DNA of 64,000 nt from Paragordius varius (Eukaryota > Animalia > Nematomorpha), in contig OZ176051.1 of NCBI GenBank assembly GCA_964247055.1, positions 13,268,001 to 13,332,000 of the forward strand, given 5' to 3'. The position numbers and the translations under genes were made by a program. Below, piece by piece: positions 14,101 to 26,799 of this stretch (position 1 is its first letter; each line of letters starts with the position of its first letter). The notes under the pieces were generated by a model, which worked only from the letters and a program-made list of their open reading frames with translations, did not search any database and was not told the DNA's origin.

Positions 14101-17100
14101 ATTTTTCCTGTATCAGCTTTCCGGCACCCATAAACCTCTCCGAAACCTCCACGGCCTATAATTCGATGGACACTGAAATCGTTCATGGTTAACTATTATA
14201 AGAGAATTTATATTAATTTAATTATAAATATTAAAACCATTTACACTTTAACTTCAGCCTTGAAGTGTAAAATTCGCTCACCCTCAAACAATTTAAATTA
14301 ACCGTTTGAAATATTCAAAACCTAAAATAAATGAATATTCAAAATTAATAATATTATTATATACTTTTAAACAATGAAATTTTTGTTTAAAATCAACATA
14401 AAATACAAACAATAATAAACTATGAATTTGAAATAATACACTAAGATCTATATATATATATATATATATAATATATTCGAATATATTTGATACTTTAAAT
14501 ATTATACAGTATACCTAAACATTTATATATTCTGCCTAATAAGCTTTCTATAACAAACCGCATCTTCAAGTTCTTTTTTTAGTTTGCTTAAATTTGGATA
14601 TATCGTTTCGAAAGAGTCAAATTGAACCAAATAAAATTATTTTTAATTTTTCTTTAATATAATTATTATTTTATAATATTGCGGGAAAAAAACTGATATT
14701 AACACAATTTATCATTGGATCTAAAGCGAAGCTATAGCTATAAAATTACGGCCTCCTACCAATTAATTTATTACTTCTTACTTTATCATAACGATTCAAA
14801 TACCGAATAATTATAATAATAAACTGATATAACAATTTTAAAAAAACGACACCTGAATTATGAATAATCTCAACACATTAAAATTTGCCTGGAACGTCGA
14901 TACTTTAAATGGAAAACTACACATGATAATTAATTTTCTCGAATCTAAGAATGTTGACATCTGCTGCTTACAAGAAACCAGATTTAAAGGAGATATCTTA
15001 ATTAACGAACAATTACACAATCACTATTAAGCACAAGAAAATGGTCAGGCTGGTGTAGCGATAGCGATTAAAAACCCTCTTCGCGAGATGTTATCCAAGT
15101 AATGAGACACAATGAAAGAATTATACAGCTAAGGGTTGCGCACGATGACTACATCCTAAATATAATATCGATATACGCGCCCCAACCAGGTTTAAAAGAC
15201 GAAATTAAACAACAATTTTGGACGGAACTCCAAGATCTAACGAATACAATACCAGGCAAGGAATCCATCTTCTTAGGAGGTGACTTTAATAGTCACATTA
15301 GTAATAATGAACACGATTTCAGGGAAGTCCATGGTGGAAACGGCTATGGCAGTACTGACAAGATGGGAGAACAGATGTTAGAATATTGCCAAGCAAACCA
15401 CCTAATCATAGCCAACACCCACTTCACAAATCTTACCACTGTTCAAACAGCAAACTCTTCTACCATGATAGATTTCATCCTTTTGCCTAAAATAAAACGG
15501 TCACAATTACTTAACATTAACTCATCAAACTAGCTTCACATTACACAAAATCTTGATTGCAGTCTTGAAAAAACCAAACAAACATCAACCCTTATACCAA
15601 AGACCAGCCAAAATTAACCACAGCAAACTACAAAATCAAACAATCAGGAACAAATACATCAACCAAGCATCCTCCGAAAAGCTCCAGCAAAACAATGAAT
15701 CCATTGGTTCAAGATGGGATAACCTAAAAACAATAGTTGAAACAGCAGAAAATATTTGTGGGAGATGCAAACCATACAATAAAAAAAAGAAAAATTGGTG
15801 GTGGAAAAAGGAATTAAAAGAGGTTACTAAAAAAACGACGCCTTTAAAGCATGGATAAGAGATAGCAATGATAAAAACAGACAAACATATCTGATCGCAA
15901 AACACAAAGCGCAGAAAGAAATTAGAAAAACTATAAATGTAGATTGTCTAAAACTGGCCACTAAACTAGAGGACCAGGTTAAAAATAAAAAAAATTTTAA
16001 ATACATAAAGAATATAAACTCAAACAAACAAGATATCATTAAAACCAAATGTATAAAAAACAATATGAATGAAATAATCTCTAACCCAGAAAGTGGAATT
16101 AAGATATGGAAAGAAAGCTTGGAAGAATCCATGAACCAAACCAACAATTTAAAAGTTCCTCTAACATTAAAACCACCCAGCGGACCCATCCACGAAATCA
16201 CAGAAAACGAAGTATTAAAAACAATGCAAAAAATGAAACCAAACAAGTCGTCAGGTGCAAGCGAACTATCAGTTGATCTTCTAAAACCGATGCAATGCTT
16301 AACAACTACCTTACAACTTTTTTTAATGAAATTATTACCAAACGTAAATTCCCCATGACTGGAATAAAAGTATAACAATCCCTATATATAAAAAAGGGGG
16401 ATCGTCTCGTCTGCTCCTTATACCGCCCCTTAAAACTTCTAGAACACACTTTCAAAATATTTGAAAGCATCATTGACAACCGACTTAGACAAATCATTAC
16501 AGTAACAAATCAGTTTGCAATTCGTAAAGAACACAGCACTACAGATGCCATCTTCATTATCAGGACAGGAAAAATACCTTTCAAAAAATCAAAAACTTTT
16601 CCACATCTTTTTACACCTGGAGAAAGCTTTTGATAATATCTCTGGGGCAACAATCAAATGAAGACAAAATTACATCGAAGAATATCTAATTGAAATAATA
16701 CTAATTCATTATAAAAATACAACCACAATGGTACGCAGGCAAATAGGAGACACGGAACCTTTTAAGACAAACACTGGCCTACACCAAGGGTTTGTAGTTA
16801 GTCCATTTATATTCATTATAATATTAGACTGTATCATAAAAAACATATCTACCCAACCCCCCTGGGAGTTAATCTTCGCAGAAGACATTGTTGTAACAGA
16901 TATTTCCATTGAAAATATGTCAAACAAATTTATAACATGGAAAATCTGCCTAGAAAACTATGGGCTGAAAATAAATATTAATAAAACTAAAATAATAATA
17001 TCAGGAGATCGTACCTAGCGCCCCAAATATTCATGCGCTATCTGCGACAAGGAAGTCAAAACAAATTTAATAAAATGCAACAAATGCAAATTCTGGGTTC

Positions 17101-18144
17101 ACAAACAATGCTCCAAAATAACCGGCAAACTAAACAAACAAATAAACATTAAATGTAACAACTGTAAAAACAATAATCCAACTCAACACGCTCGACATAT
17201 GTGACAATCAACGAAAAATCAATAGAAAAAGTAGACCAGTTTACCTCTCTAGGAAACATCGACTCTAAAGGCCATATAACTGGAGCAATAAGGAAACAAA
17301 TATAACAAGCATGGGGTAAAGTTAACTCTCTAAAATTTGTCCTTAAAAATAAAAATGTATCTAACAATAATAAATGGCTAATATACAAAGCAGGAGTCAG
17401 GCCAGCTCTTACTTACGCCACCGAAACATGGCCCCTAAATTAAACAAATCTTGACAAAATGATAAATACGGAAAAATTAAAGCTTGCTGTTCTGACTACA
17501 ATATTCATCTTAAACACAAAAATGACACAATAGAAAAGTTTATACAAAGAAGCAGGCTTAAATACTTGGGTCACATTGAAAGAAGACAAACCGACCATCC
17601 ACTCCAAACCATTAAGCACATACAACCCTTTGGAAACAACCGCAAAGGGCGCCCAACATATTCCTGGAGCGACAGCATTAAAAATGACATAAAAATACTA
17701 AACCTCGATATTAATAGATGTCTAGATAAGGACCTTTGGAATAAGACCGTAAATGGTAACCTTCATACATGAAGTCAAAAAGCCATCAATTATCAAGTAT
17801 ATATTTTTAAAACTTATTTAACAGAGTATAAGTAAGTATACTTTGCTAGAAAGTTATTAATTATTGTCAAATAGCATATACAACAAAGGGAAGTATTATT
17901 GGCTTATAGATATTTTATTTACTATTATTAGCCAATAATAATTTGCTTTGTTGCATATTGTATTTGGAAATAATTAATAATTTTCTAGCAATATATACTT
18001 ACTCATACTGTATTATTCACATATGGTTTCGGGTGAAATAACTAAGTGTTAGAGATGTAAATTAGTATTTCATAAGCCATATAATAATAAATCCATATCA
18101 ATAAAAAAATTAGTAAGTCATCTAACTTTTTCCTTGTTAAAGAG

Positions 18145-18181
<37 letters not shown>

Positions 18182-21100
18182 TGAATATTTAATTCCAAAT
18201 TTTTCCATTGACAAAAGCGCGTAAACTTTTCACTAAATTATAATAGAAAATAGAATCGTTAAAAATAATGAAAAGATTTATACATCCATTTTTTAATATA
18301 TATATTATTGTGTTAACACCCAGTATTTTAATGAGTATAATTAAAATATTTAATTAAATATACATATGCAAATTTGGGCATAAACTAAAGTAAAAACTCA
18401 CAAAACTTTTTTTGTTAAAATATGTGTATTTTTTTCGATCCTTTATATAAAATTAATTTTTATTAAAATTTTATTATTATATATGAATATACCTTTCTAA
18501 AAAACGTTGAAATATTTCACCACATAAGGATTGATGAATTTCTTCAATGTAGGGCTAAATTTGAAAAATAAAATCATTTTTAGTATTAATTTTCGATACA
18601 TTTACGCGTGTGTCTAAAATACAGCGAGCCGCCGCATATCAAAAAAAACTTTGATGGCATATGGAAAAAGTATTGATTATTATTTGTAGGAAACTAATTT
18701 GTTTAATGATAACTTTCTTATTAAAAATTTGATTTATTAATTTATTAAACTAATCATAAATATTACTAAAAATATGCTGGGATTAATACATAAAACCCAA
18801 ACGTCACAAATATCATAAAAATTCTAATGTTTATCTATCACATTTTACGGTACAATTGCTTATAAAAGCGCATTTTTTAAAATTATTTTTCTACTCATAC
18901 CATAAAATAAGTTTTTTTAATGATAAGTAACAATAAGTGATATTTTTGAAAAAAGCCTGATACTCGATATACTCGACATATTAAAGATGAGGCGTTGAGT
19001 TATTTTTTAATTTACTGATTTAACTCCACTACGGTTACGGTATTAAAAAAATGTATTAAATGTTAGTTTTATTAATTTTTGTCTTTTATCCAAAAAAAAT
19101 AAATCCCTATCCTTAGTAAAATACGCTTTAAAATAAAATATTATGCGTATGGACTACTATTATATTTAAGTAGGATACCGCGCGTAAGACGTCACTACCG
19201 TAGTACTTTATGTAATTCAGTAGCAATATGATTAAAATTGTTTTAAATATTTACTTTATTTGTCAAAATCAATATTAACATCCTTAAAAACAGAGATATC
19301 AGTTTAAGTATAAAACCATGGTGTTTTAGGTAGATAGCTGTTTTTCCAAAAAAAAACTTCATGAAAGTAGGCAGACGATTAATTGGATACGTACCTTTGT
19401 TTTGAAAAACGACAAATATACACAAGTGTATTTCACCAAAAACTATCATTTTTATCATTCAATAGTTATGTCATTTTGCACATGAATAAAAAAAATTACG
19501 ACACGCATTACCATCAGAAGAAAAATGCTGTTAAAAGTTATCGTTTGCGGAATAAACATATGGTCAACGTGTTCTGTCGGTTAAACATGTGAAACATGGT
19601 TTCGAAATATTAAAAATTGAAATTTCACGTGAAATCTACATCCCATTGGGACGGGCGATGAATAGTGTTTATTTTGCAAATTCAAAGCAAAAAACCGTTT
19701 TTAATCTTAGCCGTTCCATCCAAAATATGGCCAAATCGCTTAGGCAAAAAACCCATGCTCCATGTCAATTTAAATTTTTGAAAACCCATAAGAATATATA
19801 TGCACTATATACTATCGCTAAGAATTACCAAATTAAAACCATGTGTTAATCAAAAAACAAACGAAACGAGTCAGAAAATATCGCAAAACTTTGATAAATG
19901 ACAATGTTCGTCAAGCACAGATAGTGGGAAAATACTATAAAATTGCTTCGATGAGAAATTTCACATCCGCTGAGTCTCCTGACTTGGTGCCATCTGACTC
20001 GCATCAATGAAACAGACTCTAGCAAAGCATTTCTTCAATAATTTCGAAAAAATTAGAAAATTCCTTGACAAATGGTTCGCAACAGTAAATTTTTTTGGCC
20101 CGGCATTCATATATTACCTGAGAGATGAGCGTGATGAAGTCAATGTACAATTAATTAATTTCCTTTAAAAAATTATTAAAAACTTATGGATAACCGTAAT
20201 AAAACTATTACGGAAAATGTCAATCCACAATATTATCTATCCCAGGTATTTATATAGAGTGGCGAACATGTACCCTAATAATTTTAGCTGAAAAGAAAAA
20301 AATGGAGATTAATTGCCACGATGTAATGATATAAATTAAAAAACTGTTTGACAAAAAATCGTACTTCATATCATTGTGAAATGTATTTACCTCTGATGTT
20401 AGCATTAGTTACCATTACAAAAAGATGCCTACCCATTTTTCACAATATTATAATTAGCGAAAATAGAAGAAGCCTTATGCGCCTTCAAACAAATAACTCT
20501 TTTGCTTAAATATATGTTTATTTATAAGGAAAAATCGATAATATAATATACATTATATAAATACATATATACATATATATCATGCACAATCTGTCATTTA
20601 AAATTTAAGATTATTCCCTCTTAATATTAAATACTTCCCATGTCATTTAAATGCGCTACAATAAACATAATAGCTAAAACCTCAACAAAAAACGTAACCC
20701 ACACACGCTTTACAAAAATGTAAAACATAAAAGTTTTTTCCAATAATATATAATCAACATTCTTAATTAAAATGAATTGTTTAGTTACAAAAAAAGAGAT
20801 GCAGATTATATGAAGAATATCAAAAAAATTAAAACAAAACATTTTCACTTATTAATAATATCTAAATCACACAATTGTTTCAAAAGTGTTATCCATTAAT
20901 TTAAATATCAAACGGAATAAACACAATTTTCCTAAATTTTTTGAAAAAAGGTTGCGCGCAAACATCAAATCAGTTAGCATGGTATTAGTTTAAGAGTGGA
21001 AATATTAATAATTAATTAAATAAATTGACAATTGTTATAATTCAAAATATTTTTTTTGAAATTTTCATATACCTTTTCAAAAAGCAATTAGGATAAAAGG

Positions 21101-22061
21101 TAGGTAGTTATTTTAATTTAATTAAACTAATTCAAGATCAACAATCAAACACATTTCTATATTAATTTAAAATATTTTTTTTCTAAAAATAACATTTTAT
21201 AAAAAGAGAGAGGCATTAATGGTCAAAAACATTATTAAAAATGCCGCAATCATATCAAGATTAGTTGACAGTTTGAAATTAATAAAATTTTAATTAAATT
21301 ATAACGAAAACGGAATATTGTTTGATGGATTAAATCTTTTTTTGGATAAAGAGATTAATTATGAAAAATCCAATGATGTAAAATATTTAAATGAAAAAAA
21401 TAGGAAACTGGACAAAATCTAATATATATATATATATATAGAATAATATTAAACATATATGTGTTAAATTACTTCGAATAGATCTGATGGTACTTGATGT
21501 TTAATAAGAATTGATTGTACCCGTTTTAAAGTGTCATTTGAAAATTTCTAAGATAAAAAAAGTAAAAATATCGAAATAAATTAAAATAGAATTCAATTTA
21601 TTTTTTGAATTACATGAGATGAATTGAGTAATTCTTTCATGATAAAGTTATCGTAAACATCTTTGGCATATTTGAGCCTTTCATCATATGTTTCCAGTTT
21701 TTGATATTTTTTAATCTAATTTAAAAATAAATACGTAATATACCTCTTCGTAAAACTCTAATTGCGGAACTTGTGTTTCATACACATTTTGGCAAAAATC
21801 TTTGAATAATAAATATCCTATACACATAAATTATACTAATCAACCTAATTTTTGATTAAATATTTTATCAAACGTTAGTTCACCAATTTTTTCCAAATGT
21901 TTTTGCATTATACTTTTTACGCTATAGAGATTAAACAAATAAATTTACCTGACGTCTGGAAGAACAATTTTTTTACTTGCTCGGGCCGCAGGAGTAGTTT
22001 TACTTTTCTCCATGGCCATCAGATAACTCACATCGGCTAATACAGCTTCCAAATCAGCCAT
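3931..22061 (-). CDS. GRK2: G protein-coupled receptor kinase 2 / beta-adrenergic receptor kinase orthologue (RH + kinase + PH), about 780 aa, 21 exons
   Basis: Exons on minus strand: 22061-21949, 21921-21845, 21817-21744, 21715-21614, 21547-21473, 18554-18493, 18232-18181, 14192-14101, 13051-12952, 12437-12356, 11309-11179, 10495-10401, 9966-9859, 8946-8880, 7929-7829, 6941-6779, 6322-6247, 5606-5514, 5238-5111, 4985-4872, 4368-3931. Total 2343 nt, all GT-AG, phases consistent. Motifs: [55 protein letters not shown], and PH domain [23 protein letters not shown]. Confidence 0.97.
5646..5874. mobile_element. CCATTT-terminal non-autonomous TIR element (short copy) in GRK intron 17
   Basis: ta|ccatatacac...tgtaaatgg with ttgaacaattcgaa and gggtgaatttaa subterminal motifs, followed by (TA)n. 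Confidence 0.7.
6949..7014. repeat. (AT)33 microsatellite abutting the GRK exon 16 acceptor
   Basis: Perfect AT dinucleotide run. Only CTAACAG separates it from the exon on the minus strand. Confidence 0.95.
8150..8414. mobile_element. MITE with degenerate TIRs, TA-flanked; a related copy lies at about 13060-13520
   Basis: The left end tac...gacggacataa...aaagacaaata is mirrored at the right end by tatgtttgtcttt...tgtccgta...actgta. Confidence 0.55.
9351..9784. mobile_element. CCATTT-terminal TIR element with 21-25 bp subterminal repeats (GRK intron 13)
   Basis: ta|ccattaac...gtaaatgg|ta, with about 7 tandem ttcaagggtgaatttgaattg-type units at the right end. Confidence 0.85.
10007..10327. 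mobile_element. CCATTT-terminal TIR element (GRK intron 12)
   Basis: ta|ccatttacagttcaaattcaccc...gggtgaatttgaactgtaaatgg|ta has near-perfect termini and is followed by (TA)n. Confidence 0.88.
10724..10880. mobile_element. AT-rich palindromic MITE, same family as 17826-18008
   Basis: Shares gtatgagtaa, attaattatt, caacaaa and ttggctaataatagtaaa motifs with the 17.8 kb copy. Confidence 0.5.
11821..12002. mobile_element. Tc1/mariner-type MITE (TA target-site duplication)
   Basis: TA|CAGTATGCATT..ATGGTTGCTTATTTCACACTATAG ... CTATAGTGTGAAATAAGCAACCAT.AATGCATACTG|TA, with long near-perfect TIRs. Confidence 0.88.
12521..12784. mobile_element. CCATTT-family TIR element, left end degenerate (GRK intron 9)
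   Basis: atttacagatcaaattcaccc...agggtgaatttgaattgtaaatgg|ta. Confidence 0.75.
14237..14450. mobile_element. Truncated CCATTT-family element (left end only)
   Basis: ccatttacactttaacttcagccttgaag...caccctcaaacaatttaaattt. No right TIR seen; followed by (TA)n. Confidence 0.55.
14860..17800 (+). mobile_element. Near full-length degenerate RTE-clade LINE (APE endonuclease, RT, PHD finger), antisense in GRK intron 7
   Basis: APE motifs WNV..L, CLQET, IYAPQ, GGDFN, IDFIL. RT motifs GLHQG..SPF.F, FAED (catalytic D changed to E) and NKTK. C4HC3 finger at 17034-17165. C-terminal LGH..R and RKGRP..W.D. Multiple stops and frameshifts. Confidence 0.93.
17826..18008. mobile_element. Palindromic MITE
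   Basis: gtataagtaagtata.ttgctagaaagttattaattatt ... aataattaataattttctagcaa.tatatacttactcatac. Confidence 0.75.
19350..20200 (+). mobile_element. Internally deleted mariner relic in GRK intron 5
   Basis: Degenerate [42 protein letters not shown] and GIHILPER motifs. Confidence 0.78.
21716..21743 (-). other. 28-nt spliceosomal micro-intron (GRK intron 3)
   Basis: GTATATTACGTATTTATTTTTAAATTAG lies between LEFYEE and IKKYQKLET. Retention frameshifts. Confidence 0.92.
21818..21844 (-). other. 27-nt spliceosomal micro-intron (GRK intron 2)
   Basis: GTTGATTAGTATAATTTATGTGTATAG interrupts [13 protein letters not shown]. Retention gives an in-frame TGA. Confidence 0.92.
21922..21948 (-). other. 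27-nt spliceosomal micro-intron (GRK intron 1)
   Basis: GTAAATTTATTTGTTTAATCTCTATAG interrupts [14 protein letters not shown]. Retention gives an in-frame TAA. Confidence 0.92.
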
Positions 22062-24276
22062 CTCAATGTGCTATATGGTACCAAACTTTGTATACATTTA
22101 CAATGAGATTAAAGTAACATAATCAAGGGTAAAGTATAAATATATAAATAGGTGCTTAAATTTTAAATCAATATTACATGAATGTTTGAATTGCACATGT
22201 TTAACACATTGCTAAATTATTTAAGATCGATTAGTTATATAGTGGTTTCGGTTTTCTTTAATCACACCAATAATATTCCAAAAATTATTTGTTTGGACTT
22301 AATTTTATTTTTGTTTCGAAATAGTATGGTAAAAATATAATATAACTTTGTAAAGACAATTATCATTTAATCCCAATAACGCGTAAAAATATTTTAAAAT
22401 TTTTTATGTTTTATTTGAATTTTGGTTATGTTTAATGTTAAATTTATTATATTTTAAAAATATTATAGATCAGTGGTAATCACCAAAATTTTAAGGGCCA
22501 AAAAATATTTAAATAGTTTCTAGGGCCATAATCCTGAATAAAATTTAACATTTGCAGATCTATATTAAGTAAAAATAAAAATTAATTAAGGGCCATAAAA
22601 GTGCACTTTTAGAATGGCATGCGACCCGTTGGCCGCGATTTACTCCTAATTTAAATTATTTTAACTGGATTAACCAATCTTTATTCAACATCTGCAGACA
22701 AATCTTCTAAAAAAATATAAATTAAAAAAAGAATTAAACATTTTCTAATCTTAATTTGGCGGGCTAGAATTCATCATTAAATAAGGGGTAAAAATATCCT
22801 AAATATTTTATAGAAAAATATACCAGGAATAATACTTTTGGTTTTGAGTACAGACAGTACAAAAATAATATATTCACTTTTGTGCTAATTTTATCCACAT
22901 ATAAAAATAGCGAATTTGCGCATATTCTGATAACACTGCCTCCAAATCCCGGAGGGGTTAGATAATATTTTGATGAATATATATTCTGATAGTAAATTGT
23001 AGCAGTATCATGGTTTTGGTTTTCGTTCTTACGGGTGTAGAAAGTTATTTAGACTTTTGTGGCAGGTGTTGCATATCAAGAAATGACTAACACATACTTT
23101 TAATTAAAAATTTTTTGGTGAAAGCTGGAGACACTATTCTAAACATCACTAAAATATCTCATATACACATAAAAAGCAAATATTGTCTCAAAAAATAAAT
23201 TCTTAAATTTTCCGCTCTTCTTAAATGAACTAATCCTCTTAACACCGATACAAATTGGGATCTAAATACCCCAAACTAAATTTAAGTCAATATTTTTAAA
23301 AAACTACTGGAGGAAACGGTACCTATTTAAATTTATGCTTCTATCCTAAATAAATTACATAAAAAATATTTAAATAAACTTTTGTATTGAAAAAAAAAGT
23401 TCCATGTCAAACTACATAGGCGCCATTTTTATTTTACAAAATTTTTGCAAAATATCGTGTTCATATTAATTTAAAGGTAAAATTAAAGATAATTTTTATT
23501 TAAATCACATCTAACATTGATAGAAATAGAAAATGTGGTTCATATTGCAATTTTTTAATTTAGCCAGTGCACACATGTCAGATTGACTTAATTTTTACCT
23601 TTGGGTTTTACCATGAAATATGGAATATCAAGCATATTTGAATGATTTTTTTGTTATATTCCGGTTTATTATGTTGTATAAGTGCAGAATTTCGCCATGG
23701 TTTCGATTCCTTCCATTATAAAGTATTTCATTTTAATTAAGCGTGGGGTATCCAACCACCTCAATTTGAATCGGAGAACTGAAATAAATGTTTGTATCCA
23801 AGTGTTAAAATAAGCGCAAAAATTCCGAAACTGCGCAAAAAAAAATTAAATATATGAAACATTTTGATATCAACTAAAAATAATTTTAAAATGCTTTTTC
23901 AAAAATTTATATTTTAGCAATATTTTGTCAGAGCCTACTTCACTGTTTTTCATCATGATGGAAATGATTTTTGTTTGTTTTCAAATTTTCGTAAATTATT
24001 TTGTAACACAATATACTTAATATAAATTCAAAACGAAAATTTTTTTAATCGAATTGAGTATTAGAAATGTTTAGGCAAACCTAATTTATAATATCTTGAG
24101 GCGTTTTTATATATTTTCGATCATGAAAATATAAGGCAGCTTTTTTAAAATTTTATTGACATAATTTTAGCATTTATTCAAAATTTGTATCGCGCAATCT
24201 CGACATTTTAACGTATTAAACTTAAAACTTTATATCGTTAGAGTTTTTATTGATATTGTTTTGCTTTTTATATAAA

Positions 24277-25456
24277 GGGTTGGGTGATAACTTGCAAGTT
24301 TTTCAAGTCCTGGCTTGTTTACATGTAATAAAAAATCATTAGACGAAAGCAAAACTTGATTCGGAGGTGATAAAAAATAATGAAGTAAAACTTGAAGATC
24401 ATGCCAGTGTGGTGTAGGGCACACTTGTCAGATTTAAAAGAATGGATAAAATTATTTTAGAACATTTATGTATATAATATAGGTTTTATGTGTAATTAAA
24501 ACCTTTTTAATGCTATAACGTGATTATTTGATAATTTTTGGCAAATTAACATACTCAAATTTGGTGGTTACAGGATTGAAAACACCTCTAATACACTAGA
24601 CAATTTAAAAACAATGCATAATATGATAAATTTATCAATTCGTGCCGCAAAAAAAATTCATCCACGAACTAAAATAATTGAATTTTATTTTTGTTTAAAA
24701 TTTTCAAATCTCCCTTTTACATATAATATTAAAAGCTAAAGGTTATTTCACCATAGCACGTAAAAAACAAATTTCATCATATCCTTTTTTGGCCACATTA
24801 TGAGAGCCAACTCACTTGAAAAGTCACTGATGCTGGGAAAAGTGAGTGGAGCTCGTAAAAGAGGTAGAAGACGAACTCGTTGGATGGATAACATCCTCAA
24901 AGAAACCAAACGAATCACTATCCGAACTAAATCCGGTATTCGCAATAAATGGAGAAGTTATATTTCAATGTTGCAGTTAGTCGGAATCGACCTTAGCAAC
25001 AACAACAAATTTATTTCTAATGATTGTTGTAAACATCTTCCCACTCTATTTACAAATGACTCCTAACCAAATGAGTAGTGTGGTAAAATAATAGCGAGTG
25101 TTTTAAATGCGCATGGTTTCATCAACTTAAAAACTTGAGTTACCAGGCAGAATATTTAGAAAAATCTTTAATATTAAAGAGATACGTGCCATTGAATTTG
25201 AAAAACTTCAATAAATGCATATTGTATTGATTGTTTATCTTTTTGTGCCTTATTTCATAAATTTCGGCTGAAAATGACCAAAATAAATTCCGTAAAAACA
25301 TTGGGTGGCAAAAAATGTTAAATTTATAAGCAAAAGACTTAACTTAAGTGTTTTTTTATCACCGATCTTTAAGTGGACACTAGCTGGCTCAAGTAAACTT
25401 GCTCAACTTGCCAAGCTTGACTTACAAGTCAAGTGCGCTTTTTTATCATCCCATCC
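24277..25456. mobile_element. GGG-terminal non-autonomous DNA transposon (PIF/Harbinger-like?) carrying an RTE 3' fragment
   Basis: Ends gggttgggtgataa / ttatcatcccatcc. Both halves are homologous to 32242-34219. Superfamily assignment is uncertain. Confidence 0.65.
24775..25006 (+). mobile_element. 5'-truncated RTE LINE 3' end with (CAA)n tail
   Basis: FGHIMRANSLEKSLMLGKVSGARKRGRRRTRWMD, followed by gaccttagcaacaacaac. Confidence 0.88.
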
Positions 25457-26799
25457 ATAGTATATGATAAATGTTAGTGTTATTTTTTGGAATAAAGCAT
25501 TTAGGTTTCACCAAAAAATTATTTAAATAATGTTCGAAAATTTTGCCATTTTATGATATGGAACACTTACCACAAAAAATAACTTTCCAAACTCGTAAGG
25601 GTCAAAAACAAATCACTATGAGAGCCTTGATACCTTTTCTTCAGAATATTTTTGTGGATATTGTGAAATGCTTTATTCTAAAACAAATCACTAAAAATAT
25701 TTCAAACTGCATATAAAAAGCGGAACAAATTTGTTATAAATATATTTTTAGATGTGGTTCCAACTTTTTGACTTTTTAAATAAGTTATTTCATTTAATAA
25801 TTAAATTAAATTTAAATAACTTGATCCCAATCTAATTTTAATAAATATCAAACAACCACTGAAAGGGACGGTTATAATTAAAATTTATGCTTCTATTGTT
25901 AATAATTATATAAATATTATATCTAAAATTAATTTAGTTTACGAAAGCTTTATATCAAGCTACTTAGACACCATTTTAATTTCACAATATTTTTGCAAAA
26001 TATCTTATTTTTAATAACGCTATAATTAGTCATTTTTATACTAATTAATCATATCTAACAATAATATAAACATAAAGTGGTTTAAACGATTTTTATTTTG
26101 ATGGCGTATTTCATAGATAAAAAAGCACCTATTAATAAACCTAATATGAATGAGTAAATTGGTAACGAACTTATACTATTTTATATACAAAAATCGCTTT
26201 TTAGGTTATTGCGAAAAACATTTTGAGAAGCAGCTAATTACAGAACCTAATTTAAAACAGCAGCTTTCCATTGATATAATTAAAAAATGCCTTTATTTCT
26301 ATTTTATTTTATGTAAATAAGTAAAATTTATTCTACAATTCTTATGGAAAAAAATAAGAGTTAAAAGAAATGTAAATAATATTTGGAGATTTACAAATAT
26401 TATAGTAAATCCACAATCGATATCAAACATTATCATTTAATATCCTAAGCTTAAATTTGTCAACATATATTGATGATTTTGTTGGCCGCACTAAAGGTTT
26501 AAATGGGCCACCCGCACAGGGTTCGCCTGTCTTAACACGGTCTCTTGATAAATGCCTTGAATACAATGGTTTAGCCTCTTGCTAGAAAACGACTCATTAA
26601 GTTTCAAGTATGTTAACATCGGGTAAGTATAATATGCCACTGTAAAACGTTAAAAAGTAATATTGAGGTTTAACAATGTCTAATGCTCCAGGAAATATAT
26701 TAGCTGTCTTTTCAAAATTTATCGTAACTGTTAAATAATTTGTTAGACAAGAGTTTTTATCATTTTTGAAACGATTAAAAGAACCATGCATGGTTTAAC

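Noticed and set aside
22764-23048. 95-codon stop-to-stop frame on the minus strand upstream of GRK (YYLTPPGFGGSVIRICAN)
   Set aside because: No start codon, no convincing splice partners and no recognisable family.
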